NCBI RefSeq assembly: GCF_006345805.1
Contig: NC_042997.1
Coordinates: forward strand, 22,196,001 to 22,260,000
DNA: 64,000 bases
DNA from: Octopus sinensis
Taxonomy: Eukaryota
Reading direction: 5' to 3'
Below the pieces are notes generated by a model. That model was not told the DNA's origin and did not search any database. It saw only the letters and a program-made list of their open reading frames with translations. Below, one piece after another: positions 25,621 to 38,486 of the stretch (position 1 is its first letter; the number at the start of each line of letters is the position of its first letter). A program made the translations under genes and the position numbers.

Positions 25621-25949
25621 TATTTCTTTACTACCCACAAGGGGCTAAACACAGAGAGGACAAACAAGGACAGACAAACGGATTAAGTCAATTATATCGA
25701 CGCCAATGCATAACTGGTACTTATTTAATCGACCCCGAAAGGATGAAAGGCAAATCTTATAATGTTCAGCTTCCCTCTCCGTGTTTAGCCCCTTGTGGGT
25801 AGTAAAGAACTAAGTACTTATTTAATCGACCCTGAAAGTATGAAAGGCAAAGTCGACCTCAGCAGAATTTGAACTCAGAACATAGCGGCAGACGAAATAC
25901 CGCAAAACATTTCGCCCAGCATGCTAACGTTTCCTCCAGCTCACCACCT
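25621..25949 (-). mobile_element. Rearranged SINE family B
   Basis: Minus-strand copy with a 38-bp internal duplication flanking 20 nt of filler and an inverted 36-nt copy of its own tail. Confidence 0.85.
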
Positions 25950-26004
25950 AATAATAATAATAGTTATATCATCAAACAAGTCATGCACCAAAGCAATCCA
26001 ATAA

Positions 26005-26158
26005 TGACAAAGTTGGCATTAGGAAGGGCATCCAGCCGTAGAAACACTGCCAGATCTGACTGGGCCTGACGAAGCCTTCCAGCTTCACAGACCCCAGTTG
26101 ACCTGTCCAACCCATGCTAGCATGGAAAGCGGACGCTAAATGATGATGATGATGATGT
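26005..26158 (+). mobile_element. Family C tail
   Basis: TTGGCATTAGGAAGGGCATCCAGCCGTAG...CGGACGCTAAATGATGATG. Confidence 0.85.
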
Positions 26159-26849
26159 ATATGCCCACATGCACAGAACATTCTGCTTTGCAGCATACAG
26201 CCTGCAGAGCTTCACCACCCTACATTCTGTACCAATTGTTGTAGCACTCACATCTAGTACATTTCATACCACACATTTCAGGTACTTTTGCTCCACTAAG
26301 TACAATTCTGTCCCACATGCCTGCATGTCCTTGCTCAGATTCTACATGCTTATAATTACACATACATAAATCATTATTCATGTTAGAACCACCATAAATC
26401 AAAAATTAACTATTATTACATGTTCATAAACACTATATTCAGTTTGTATTATATTGAATTATTCATTCTGTTATTTTTATATTTTTGCACACATAAATTC
26501 ATGAATTTCTAATTTTCCTGTTAATTCATTATTTTGATAATGTCTCCAGTGACAACCTTTGCAATTTTCATTTTGTTATTGGAAATTCTATTATAAACAT
26601 TACAAATTCTAACGAGTTGCCAGCCCATTCTCAGTGCCAAAACAATTGTTAAATGGACTGTAAATAATTGTTAAATGATTTTTCTCTAAAACCTTCATTG
26701 CTTGTTAATCTATAATCATATGATTTTTCTATACACCCTGTATTTCGAAATCTTCATTTTATCATCAGCATCATACAGAAGCTATTATATGCTAGTTTAC
26801 TCAGCAGGAATATTATATTATCCTGAGATTTGGTGACAACACATCTCCA

Positions 26850-27250
26850 CAAATCTTTCTTCGAATTCTTGTAGAATACAAGTCAGTGCTTATGTGCAAG
26901 TCAACAATACGTGCCTCAATTTGAAAATACTTCAGCTCCTAAGGTAATAGTTTGGGAATTGTGCCAAGTATATTAATTACCTCAGGAATAATTTTCATCC
27001 TTGTAATCCACAATATCTCTGTTTCTCTGGATGAGTTGTGATATTCATCAATTTTCTCAAATTCCTTGATATACACTTTTTCTATCATATGGAATTGCGA
27101 AGCCACTGATCTCACACTGTTCTTTCTCTTTTTCATGATCAAATCTGGTCTTCTTGTTTGAGTTGTATGATCAGTTTAGAAATTCTATAAAAACTCATAA
27201 CTTCCATTCACTGTGGAAGTCCTTGGTTCAAATCACTTTTGTGTCACTTC
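26850..27250 (-). mobile_element. R4/Dong-like LINE, C-terminal restriction-like endonuclease fragment
   Basis: TDHTTQTRRPDLIM...VAS...KEFEKIDEY...LW...IIPEVINILGTIPK matches the TDH..RRPD..KE.EKI.KY..IPVVIGALGTIPK pattern of RLE-type LINEs. Confidence 0.75.
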
Positions 27251-27417
27251 AAATCCACAGACTTGGTCAGCATCCTTATTCACTCCTTTACTGACAGTCA
27301 TGTCTATGTTTATACTCTTATTGTGCTAGCTTACTATCCTTACTTAAGAGATGGGCAATACTTTTGTCCCACCTTTTCCACACATTCTGTATTTGGCCGA
27401 TTGAGTTTTATCAATCT

Positions 27418-27885
27418 ATTATTATTATTGAGTGAGAGAGCAGTGCATGCCATCATAGTGACACTGGGGTAAAATATACGAAGCCCAGTATACCCATCAT
27501 GACTACCCGTCTGATAAGGGTACACTAGGCACATGCATCACAACCATATGTGCACGACATGGTGATTTCATATCAAGATAAACAGCACATGATTTGCAGG
27601 CGGGGCCCAGTTAGAATTTTTCTTCTGGTTGAGTACCCCATCCCGCTCAAAAGGTCCCTGAATAATGGTTGTTTAAGGATGTTGAGCAAAACACCCATGT
27701 TTCCAGAGGTGAATTATTCAAACCCCAAAGAATCCCTCTCAACACATGGCTTTGATGCCCCCGCCCCACTACTTCTGCTTGTGATCAGAGATGTACATAT
27801 CGTCAGCCACTAAGGGACATGCTCAGTTGGTTAAGGTCAAACAACTGACAGGCAAATCTGTGGTATTGAGCAGAATATTTTCTGT
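27418..27885 (-). mobile_element. Unclassified retroposon (LINE 3'UTR or SINE) with (TAA)n tail
   Basis: Moderately GC-rich block bounded by ATT-type microsatellites, ending in (ATA)n on the minus strand; family not assignable from this window. Confidence 0.5.
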
Positions 27886-27902
27886 TTATTATCATTATTA
27901 TT

Positions 27903-27937
<35 letters not shown>

Positions 27938-27980
27938 TATTATCAGTAGTAGTAGTAGTAGTAGGAGGAGGAGGAGGATG
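27886..27980. repeat. Compound trinucleotide microsatellite (ATT)(ATC)n(AGT)n(AGG)n
   Basis: Directly visible. Confidence 0.95.
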
Positions 27981-28185
27981 TGAGCTGGCAGAATCACTGG
28001 CATGCTGGCCAGAATGTTGAGCTGCATCTCTTCCAGCTTTATATTCTAAGTTCTAAAGCTGCCAAAGTCAACCTTGCCTTTCATATTTTCATGGTCAATG
28101 AAATATGTATTAGTTGAGTACTTGAGACAATGTAATCAACTATCCACCTCTCACCAAAATTTCAAGCCTCATGCCCATAGTAGAA
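27980..28185 (+). mobile_element. Degenerate SINE family B
   Basis: GTGAGCTGGCAGAATC head; AAAGTCAACCTTGCCTTTCAT. Confidence 0.7.
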
Positions 28186-28762
28186 AGAATTATTATTATC
28201 ATTATTGTACTTTACGCATACTAGCCTGTACATACATATATATATATGTGTGCTTGTGCGTATGTACATTTGTATGAAGACATATACATGCGTATACACA
28301 CAAACACACACACACACAGTTGTTGCTTACCACCAGATCAACTCTCATGGAGCAGAAATTTTTATGGTCACAGCTTATAGGATTTCAGCATAGTTCTGTT
28401 CAGTAAGAGCTGATCTGAGTGTAAGCAACAACTGTTTCCAAGCAACTGATTTGGAGGGAAAAACAACAAAAGGCGTGTCATACAGGTAAGACCTATTAAT
28501 TGATAAGTGAAATTATAAACACTTTCTATCTCACTCTAAGTACACACATGCAGTCATAAAAAAAATTAACAATACACACACACATAAATTTATACACTGA
28601 CACACACATTCACAGATAGATACACATAGTACCTTAGATATTTAAACAAATACACCTGATGTCCATATATTATAGCTAGATGCATGAACACATGTATACA
28701 TGTCTGCGCACGTGTGTGTGTGTGTGCAGGTATATAGACACATACTCACATGCACAGTCTTT

Positions 28763-29238
28763 GGCGAGCTGGCAGAATCGTTAGCACGATGGGCGAAATG
28801 CTTAGCAGTATTTCGTCTGCCACTACGTTCTGAGTTCAAATTCTGCCGAGGTCGACTTTGCCTTTCATACTTTCAGGGTCGATTAAATAAGTACTTATTT
28901 CTTTACTACCCACAAGGGGCTAAACACTGAGAGGACAAACAAGGACAGACAAAGGGATTAAGTCGAGTACATTGACCCCAGTGCGTAACTGGTACTTAAT
29001 TTATCAACCCCGAAAGGATGAAAGGCAAAGTCGACCTCGACGGAATTTGAACTCAGAACGTAGTGGCAGACAAAATACGGCTACGCATTTCGCCCGGCTT
29101 GCTAACGCTTCTGCCAGCTCGGCGCCAATTAAATAAGTACCAGTTATGCACTGGGGTCGATGTAATCAACTTAATACCTTTGTCTGTCCTTGTTTGTCCC
29201 CTCTATGTTTAGCCCCTTGTGGGTAGTAAAGAAATAGG
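28763..29238. mobile_element. SINE B (+) with a complete SINE B inserted antisense (28895-29127)
   Basis: 13-bp TSD ATTAAATAAGTAC at 28882-28894 and 29128-29140; the outer copy resumes exactly after the TSD. Confidence 0.95.
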
Positions 29239-29832
29239 TTTATATGCTTCCCAGTTTCTGAGTACAAATAATCATGCATGTGCATTTAGATTTATATGTA
29301 TATACTACATGTAGATAGGGAAATACATTGTGAAGTGTTTTATATTATGCAGTGATAATGCTTATCAGTGAATAACGAGGAATAAGCTGCACTTGAGATT
29401 TCTGTGTCTGTATTATTTCAAAAAGCATGAATGTTGTGTCAAAAGTAAGACTTAGTGATTGAAAAATGTTGATCTATAAGAATAAGTACCAAGAGGAAAT
29501 AAACACTGAGACTAATGTAATCAGCCAAACCCTGAAACCAGCATGAGAATAAAACATATATAAAATATGTGTGTGTGTGTTACTTAAGTTTCAAGTGAAA
29601 TTACTCCAATTAAGGAAACAGATAAATTTGATAAGTATCCTTCTATATAGACAATATCTTTATCATCACTTTTGACCTAGATAAAAATTCTCTTTGCTGA
29701 GTGTACTGTGAACTAGATGTTTGAGCAACTTTTATTGTGGGTTACAAGAAATTTGGAAATTTTCTCAATAGTATCACTTTTTCTTTTAATAAATTGTTTC
29801 TCTGTAACATCTCATATTTTGGAGAGTCTTTT

Positions 29833-29864
<32 letters not shown>

Positions 29865-30007
29865 TATCATGAAGTAAATTTACCTCTTAAATGTGGCTAA
29901 CCCTTAAGGGTGGATGCTACTGTAGCTTGTAGCCCCAGGAAGACACCTCCTCCAGCTGACTATTGACACATTTCTGTACCGTATCAGTATAATACCTTGC
30001 TCAGAGA

Positions 30008-30012
30008 TTTAT

Positions 30013-30058
<46 letters not shown>
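30008..30058. repeat. (CA)n microsatellite
   Basis: Directly visible. Confidence 0.95.
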
Positions 30059-30671
30059 GTCTTCCTAAAAAACTAAATATTTTGAAAGAGAGATTTTTCA
30101 CTGCTCCTTATGTACCCACCTTAGTTGCTTAATTGAAGACGTTATACTGTAGGAAAATTTGAACCTGACAGAGTTTAGAGTTTATCGTACTTCCTAGATA
30201 TGTCCAGACATAGAAAGAAGTTGAAAACTAAATAGAATCGTTGATAGTTGTTATAAACACAGAAGCTTTGTGTTAGCCTATTAAGATTATGCAGGTTGGA
30301 TTTTGTCCAATAAATTTGATGTATATAAAACATTAAATGAATTTGGGAACAGCCTTATACAAAAGATCTGATGTGAGATTTGCCAAGAATGAGGAGTCAG
30401 TGAAGATTAAATTATCATTTGGTCTTGGTTCAGATCTGAAATCTTCATCAAGTAGTATTTACAGTTATCAATGTTTGAGTAAATTCATTGAGAGCAACAA
30501 ACAAAAGAATGGACTCGAGTAGCAGAAGAGTTATAATGACAGTGATAGAAACTTGAATCACATTTTTGTTGGTTTTAATAAAGAATCTCTGCAAGTTGAT
30601 AAAAGAGAAGTAAACTACATTGTATTACTTCTTTCATAAAGCTATGGTTTATCTAGAACCATTTACTTATT

Positions 30672-30895
30672 TACTCTTTTACTTGTTTCAGTCATGTGAC
30701 TGTGGCCATGCTGGAGCACTGCCTTTAGTTGAGCAAATCGACCCCAGGACTTATTCTTTGTAAGCCTAGTACTTATTCTATTGGTCTCTTTTGCTGAACC
30801 GCTTAGTTACGGGGACGTAAATTTACCACCTTCGGTTGTCAAGCAATGTTGGGGGGTACAAACACAGACACACAAACATATACACACGCACATAC

Positions 30896-30954
<59 letters not shown>

Positions 30955-31637
30955 TATATACGATGGGCTTCTTTCAGTTTCTGTCTACCAAATCCACTCA
31001 TAAGGCTTTGGTTGGCTGAGGCTATAGTAGACGACACTTGCCCAATGTGCCACGCAGTGGGACTGAACCCAGAACCATGTGGTTTGTAAGCAAGCTACTT
31101 TATTTCATGAAAATTCGCCATTAAGGCATTACATAGAGGGGACATACAAATACAGACAAATATATAGGGTGTAGTAGCTTAAAACGTTTTAGTATTTACA
31201 ATATAATGTGCACAGTATTTACAATATAAAGTTTACAAATTTAATATCACATAGTAGGGCAAGGAACCCAGCCATCTGGGTAGAACCTTTACTTCTTGAT
31301 CCGGCCACACTTACCTGGTGCCAAATATACCCAGCTTGCAAGCTACAGACTTCCATATTTTCACAAACATATCTCGTGACAGACACCTCTTCTCCAGCCT
31401 GATCTTACTACCGAGGTGGTAACTGAAGAAGTTGACCAACCCCTGGCCGGATACAAAGGTACCTGTCACTATACCTTTCGTACATGTCTTCCATATGGTT
31501 TCTTTCAGTATGGCTACTATGCTGGAAAAACAAGCCTTCCTTTCCCTGCTGAGGAACTGAGGTGGCACAATCTCAATGATAGACTCCGCTGATAGCTGTA
31601 CTCTTCCACTCACTGACACAGCCACTCCTACGCCTAT
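30672..31637 (-). mobile_element. SINE family A split in its tRNA head by a LINE fragment
   Basis: Body 30672-31100 ends ...AAGCAAGCTACTT; remaining head ACACAGCCACTCCTACGCCTA at 31616-31637. Confidence 0.9.
31101..31615 (-). mobile_element. L1/Tx1-like LINE 3' fragment
   Basis: Open ORF end ...IVAILKETIWK...FFSYHLGSKIRLEKR...FVKIW...* resembling the Tx1 C-terminus, AT-rich 3'UTR, terminal AATAAA, no poly(A) tail. Confidence 0.65.
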
Positions 31638-33139
31638 TTGATAATCTTAGTTATTTAATGCTTCTTCTTCTTCTGCATGTGTCCCTTCAAAACACATATG
31701 ATGGTTACATAGCATCTCTCCACTTCTCACAGCTCTTTGCATTTTTATTGTTGTTTGCAAGGTCTTTTGAACTGCAAGTGTTAGCTTATATATATCTGCC
31801 TGTTTCTTACACACGGAGTTAATATGTCTAAGATATTTTAACTGGCTGCTACCAAGTAGCATCCAACAAAAAGTTATTTGTCTGGTAAGCAAACTCACAT
31901 CTACATTCAATAAAATTAAAACATTATAAAGAGCTAGGGACACACAAATCAAGGGTTTGACCAAGATTCAGTCTCCTAATCAGAATGTTTACTTCAATGT
32001 CCCAAACATCTAAAGAGAGGAGTTTAGATTCTCAATTCCTACAAGTATTTTGATAAAGGTCCTCAGAAGAAAATCATTCATCTATTTTTAGTAATTCTCA
32101 TTTGTCTATCTGATTCATTCTTCACTGCATCATGTCCTATAAGAATCTTTATTTCTGGAGCAAACAAAACAGCCCTCCAAGTGGTCCTGGGCCTGCTAGA
32201 AAATATTGTGTAATATATATACATATATGCATATATATATATATAGTTATAGATAGATAGATAGATAGATAGATATAGTACATACCATCATAGTTAAAAA
32301 TTACAATCATGATGGTTAACCATGAATTTAAAGAAGATAAAATAAAACAAAGACATCAAAATACAAAGCTGTAATCCTAATACATCCTAATATTTCAAAA
32401 AAGTAAGGGCACAATTTATCACGTGATTAAAAATCCACTGTCTAAAACCAAACATTAATGAAAAAACCAGAAGAGATATTCATGGCTGGCTTGACTTTAA
32501 TCATAAGTCTGGAGAAGTAAAACTGACCTGTGGTTAAACAATAGTGTTTATTACCAATAACCATGGCACTTCTCATCATTATAAACATCATCATCATTAA
32601 CTGCATGTACTTTCTTGCCCTCATTACTTTGCTGGCCTTCTCTCTATATGGCATTCCTTGAGAACTATATCTGTCCTCAAAACATTAGAATGTAACATAT
32701 TAAATGAGTCATTAACAGTTTTATTTCCATTAAGATTACTTTTTCTTTTTATGTTTCATCATTCTTATACAAGTATATTTGCATCTGATAAGTTTTGTAC
32801 TCTTAATAACTGAAATTATTTATCACTGAACTTATTGCTAATTATTTTTGATGTCTAATTTTTCATATATGACATATTCTTATTGCATATTGATTGCTAT
32901 ATCTTCTGAATCTATAATATATCTTAAATTAATTTGGGAAATAGCTCCCAATAACTGTAGCCTCTAATCTTTCAGTTTGCATTTAATGTAATTATAAATT
33001 TTTCCATTTAAATTATTGTAACCATACATAACAATGCTGGTTGTGCCAAAGATCATGCCCCAGCATCTTCATAAACATATAGCTGAAACCTACACAAAAG
33101 CCTTCTCTTGAAAGTACCATAGCCCATCCCCTCTCAAGT

Positions 33140-33330
33140 TATTGGTTTCAAATTTTGGCACAAGACCAGGTGGGGAGGAGATAGTTGACAGGTACTCTAT
33201 TGAGCTTGAAAGGATGAAAGGCAAAGTTGACCTTGATGGTATTTGAACTCAGAATGTAAAGTGCCAGAAGAAATGCCACTAAGTATTTTGTACAGTGTGA
33301 TACTGATTCAGCCATTCACTGCCTTAATCC
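33140..33330 (-). mobile_element. Degenerate SINE family B
   Basis: GAAAGGATGAAAGGCAAAGTTGACC..TTTGAACTCAGAA. Confidence 0.75.
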
Positions 33331-35202
33331 CCTTCAAAATTATTTTGTTGTAATAATTGAAATACTTCCTCCTTTTTACTATCACTTTCTTAATATTCTA
33401 TTCAGTTTTTTTTTCTTACTTTACAAACAGCTCCAAGTAATTACTAAATGTCATTAATTAGGCAGTTGGATACAAAAGCAATTTCTGTCAAAGAGCCACA
33501 TAAGCCAGCTTTCTGTTATAATTGCATTCATATCTAAAATCCTTTATAGGGATGAATATAAATCAATTCAAGTACTTGACTTACTTTATCGACAAAATTG
33601 ACCTCATTGGGATTTTAATTCAGAACATAAAGAGATATAATTAATGCCAATGGGAGTTTTGCTTGATGTTCAAATGATTCTGCTTATCCAGCATTGAATT
33701 GACTCCATTTTGTGATTGGAACTTAGTTTATTAATTCTGTTAAGTAAGGGGTGACAGTCCAAGCTGGTTACATCAGTGTCTGATTTTGGAGCAAAGAGAA
33801 ATCCAAAATCTTAACACAGTGTTCCACATGCTTGAATATCTTTACCTCATAAATCAAAATTTCAGCCTCCTATTTTGCTATTCCATGTTGATATGCAGAG
33901 TTTATATGTACAACTTATTTTTTCCATTCTGATTCAGCATTAAATCGGGGTGGAGGTGGAGGTGGATGACAATATATTGAAAATATAGCAATATTATTTC
34001 AAAGAATTTTGATTTACTTATCGCATATAAAGATTTTTGTTATTCTTGAGGAATTCTTGAGACTCTTTGGAGCCTCATTGTTGTAATAAAAGAAATATAT
34101 AACTGGCTGCTGCCAGTAGGATGCTAATTGCTACATGAAACAGCCTCTGGAGAGATCTATATAACCAAGTTATTGTAGCCAATAACAATTATTGCTTTCT
34201 TTCTATAATGTTCTGATACAGCTCACAATGTATTTCTCAAAATGAACCACTTGTATCAGTAATGATTACAGCTTTGTATTCTGATGTTTTTGTTTTATTT
34301 TATCTTCTTTAAATTCATGGTAAACCATAATGATTGTAATTTTTAACTACAATAGTATGTACTACATATATGCATATATGTATATATATCACACAATAGG
34401 AGAAAAAACAATCTAGTTACATGTCTTCAGTTTTTTTTTTTATTTATTTACTTTTTTTTTAATGTTATAAGAGTTGTTTAGTCTAACAAGTTTCCTCACA
34501 AAAGAATGCAGTCATTTTCAAGTGATGGGCGTCCAGTAAAATGGCTGTTGAGTCAAGTACTTCAAACTGAATAGATCTTAAATGTAATCTCCATTTCTTT
34601 TTATAAGCATCATTTATTACAGAGTGGCAGTAACCATAGCAATGATATGTATGCATGAAAAATAAGAAAAATATAATAGAATGATAATGTAATTGCATGA
34701 AAAGAAATCAAATTAAATTATATATACTCAATATTTAAATTAAATAATAGGAATCTATTTATATAAATATCGATTTACTTCTTAAGCATAGGGACAGAAA
34801 TAAAATTTATTAGAAAACGTGTGAGATTATATAATGTTCATTCATCCCTGTCTCAAGATTACTAATAATGTACATAGAGTATATTAGTCCACCCAGGGCC
34901 CCCACGCATGAATACTGTCTTAGATTGCTATTCATTATATACCTGGCTTTATAATTGATGTAAATATTAATAAATGTTGCAGGTAATTGGGAAAAATAAA
35001 TTTGAAACACTTATTGACATAATTTTTTCCATAGGATTGGGGATTGATTTGTTGAATTAGCAGGGTTTCAGACAAGGTACCTTCTACTATTTGGTTGCCA
35101 CCCTTTGCATTCTATGCTCAAATCTTGTAGAGATCAGCTTTGTTTCTCAACCTTCAGAGGGGGATCAGAACAAAGTATCAGTCAAATACTGAGTTAATTC
35201 AA

Positions 35203-35405
35203 CACTTTAGCATTCAGATTACTCTGTCAAATGGACTCCTTATCTATTCATATTACTTTGAGTTGATCATGCATTATCTCATAGCTTTGAAATTTCAATG
35301 ATGAAATAGCTTATTTTTCATATAATGTTGTAGGTTAAGATCAGATCTGTCCAGTTTGAGCATAAAACAGGTAGAATATTTTTGGCCAGTTCAAATGCTA
35401 AAGGG
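35203..35405. mobile_element. piggyBac-like MITE, second copy
   Basis: CACTTTAGCATT ... AATGCTAAAGGG|TTAA; interior resembles the reverse complement of 9773-9976. Confidence 0.6.
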
Positions 35406-36718
35406 TTAACCAACTTCTCTTTTTCCTAAAATTTGTTACCTTTGTAATGATATTTCAATATGAATATCAGTTTTTTGGAAACCATCATTGTTTTGGGGGA
35501 TTTTATTTGTTTCATTTATCTATTTGGTACCAAAGTACTAGAGATACTTATGTATTTTCTTTTTAGTATCATCAGTAGATGTCCTTCATCCTGTTTAGCT
35601 CCATTCCATAACCCCTGAGTGTTTTTAGGAGTTCACTCTGTTGCAAGCATTCAGACTAGATCTTCAGTCTGGTTGTTAATTCCTTCTTTTCTCCCACCAG
35701 AACCACAGATTCAGAAAAAAAGTTCATCAGCTCTGCCTTTTCTGCTCCAACAAAATCATTCAAAGAGCAGAAAAGTGCAGTCACCTTAATTGTGTTTAAG
35801 TAGAAGTGAATCAATAGTTAAGTAAATATACAGAAACGCACATATGTTAACACAGAGAAAAATTTTTTTTTTCTTACTGCCTATTTTATTCTACTTTCTC
35901 TTATAAATACATCATGCATTAAATATGTCGGCATTTACTTACCCACTATTTATCATGCAGATTGTGTTTCAGTAATATCTAATTTCTAAACAATTCTATC
36001 TTGCAATACCAACAAATATACATTTTTTTATTGACTAACTGTTGCTAATGCAGAGCAGCACCAGTTTTTTCAGAAGCTGGATTTTTTATCTACATTTCAG
36101 TTTATTTACTTAATGATTCATTTACTGCTGCTTGGCAAGCTATTGTGGCATGACTGCTCTTCTGCTGAGGATACTTAAAAAAAGTAGAATTACATCCACA
36201 TTCTCTCTCTTTCACTAACCCTTTTTTACCAGGAGAAAATGAATACATGTTACACATCAACAAATATTATTTTCTCTCAACATGTTTCATTTACTTTATC
36301 CATACATTAAATATATTGACACCTATTTATCTACTACTTGTCATATGGATGACATCTCAGAATTATATACTTTCCAAACAATTCTCTTTGAATAGCCTTA
36401 ATGATGACCACTCAGGTGTAAAGCTAAAGAGGTTGTTTCACAAAGACTTTTACATAAAAGCTGGATCCACTTAAAGAAGTAAAGGAAGGAAATAAGGGAA
36501 CACAAAAGTGTTTCTCTACTTCTATAGCTCTTCTCAACCCTGCAACTTAACTTGTTATCCTGTTATTCATACCTCTTAGAAATTACTGCTCTCTTTGATA
36601 TATGGCAGCACTGCACAATAACAGCTAATTCTTTTTCACTATTATTACTTTAAATGACCCTATAAAGTAAACTTTTGGTCCACATTTCTTGCATACACAC
36701 TCTCTCTCTATCTCTCTC

Positions 36719-36766
<48 letters not shown>

Positions 36767-37020
36767 CATCAGTAAATCATAAATCTGAAGAAGAAGCATG
36801 CTCTAATTTATAGAACAGTAGGGTATATAGATAAAGATAGATGTGGCCAGTCAATGGGATTACTCGGGGTTTCACATCCATAAAGCTCTTCTGACCCTAA
36901 ACCCATTGGCTGGCCATGTTTATCTGTGTGTGCAACAGACTTCTTTCTATTCACAAGGCTTGGAACAGCCCAGGACTATAGTAGAAGACATTTACTCAAG
37001 GGATCACAGCCGTGCCTGTG

Positions 37021-37071
<51 letters not shown>

Positions 37072-37075
<4 letters not shown>

Positions 37076-37345
37076 TCATCATCATTGTTTAACGTCCGTT
37101 TTCCATGCTAGCATGGGTTGGATGGTTCGACTGGGGTCTGGGAAACCAGAAGGTTGCGCCATGCTCCAGTCTGATCTGGCAGTGTTTCTACAGCTGGATG
37201 CCCTTCCTAACACCAACCACCATCATCATCATCATTTATTTTCCATGTTGGCTTGGGTTGGATGATTTGACAGGAGGTAACAAGTCAGAAGACTGTGCCA
37301 GGCTCTGTTGTCTGCTTTGGCATGGTTTGTATGGTTGGATGCCCT
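37072..37345 (-). mobile_element. Two tandem family C tails after (TA)n
   Basis: (CAT)n-TTTAACGTCCG... at 37072 and a second (CAT)n-started, more degenerate copy at ~37219. Confidence 0.8.
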
Positions 37346-37518
37346 TAGAAAGGAAAGAAAGAAGGAAGATTTAATGTTTTGAGCGGAGCTTTTTGTCAGA
37401 AACATAGGAAAAGGAAAGATCCAAGGAAGGGAAGACGGAGGAAAAAAAAATCGCCAATGATACACACGCGGTCACATTTTGACATATATATGTACATACA
37501 GCTAGACAGATAAAGGGA

Positions 37519-37918
37519 CAGGCATAGCTGTGTGGTAAGAACACAGTTCTGGATTCAGTCCTGCTGCGTGGCACCTTGGGAAGTTATCTTCTACTGTAAC
37601 CCTGGCCTGACCAAAGCCTTGTGAAAGAATTTGGTAAACAGAAACTGAAATAAGCCCATTGTATGTATTTGTATATATATTTGTGTGTGTGTGTTATTGT
37701 CTTCTTGCTTTGGCATCACATGATAGCTGTAAACAAGTATCATCTTTATGCAAGGTAAAGTCTTTTGTTTCCAATCTTTTGTGAAAAACATGTCTACCTG
37801 GAAACAGGTGGTGGTTGGTGACAGGAAGGGCATCCATCTATTAAAAATCTGCTTCAATAAATTCCATCTGTCTCATGCCAGCATGGAAAAGTGAATGTTA
37901 AATGATGATGATGATGAT
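37519..37918 (+). mobile_element. SINE family A2
   Basis: A head and CORE-like block, (TG)n, then GGTTGGTGACAGGAAGGGCATCC and a (GAT)n tail. Confidence 0.8.
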
Positions 37919-38273
37919 TGGTAATATAATATTGTTTGTCATTTTACCTTTATATTTCTTTGAGTGTTTACTTTTTCCTACCACTAATTATTCGAGTGTG
38001 ATGTGAGCAACTTGTTTGTAACAGCTGCTTTTAACTAATTAATTGGATCATAACACTCTAGTTGTTCAAGTGTGTCTGAGTGGTAGAAACCTTAACCTCC
38101 CTTAAATATCTTTAAGCATTTTCTGGTAGGTGGGGAGTGGGGAGACCTATTTTTATTGATTGTGGTTGTTGTTCTTTAGCACCAGATCAGTTCTGGCAAA
38201 GCAGATCTATGATCAAAAGCATTTTAGTCATGGCCTCCCCATCGTTCTTTCAGGTGTTATGTATTGAGAACTA

Positions 38274-38486
38274 TGAGGGGTTGCTGAAAAGTTCCTGGCT
38301 TTGAGTAAAAGAAAATGCAGGAAGATCAGTTACTTATGATTTCACTCAACATAATCCCCTCTCAGTTTCACACATTTTTGCAGCAGTCCCTTAGTTTTTC
38401 TAAGCCCTGGAAAAGAACTCAAAAAGTTGAGCCTCCAACCAGGCCTTTCACAATACCATTAAAGCCAGGAACTTTTCACCCCCTTG
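38274..38486. mobile_element. Mariner-like MITE
   Basis: TA|TGAGGGGTTGCTGAAAAGTTCCTGGCTTT ... AAAGCCAGGAACTTTTCACCCCCTTG|TA; TIR plus TA TSD. Confidence 0.8.

Noticed and set aside
31647-31964. 105-aa minus-strand ORF
   Set aside because: No recognisable motif, non-ATG start, no convincing splice signals.
35680-35800. Strong acceptor TTCCTTCTTTTCTCCCACCAG
   Set aside because: All three frames stop within ~100 nt and no donor follows.
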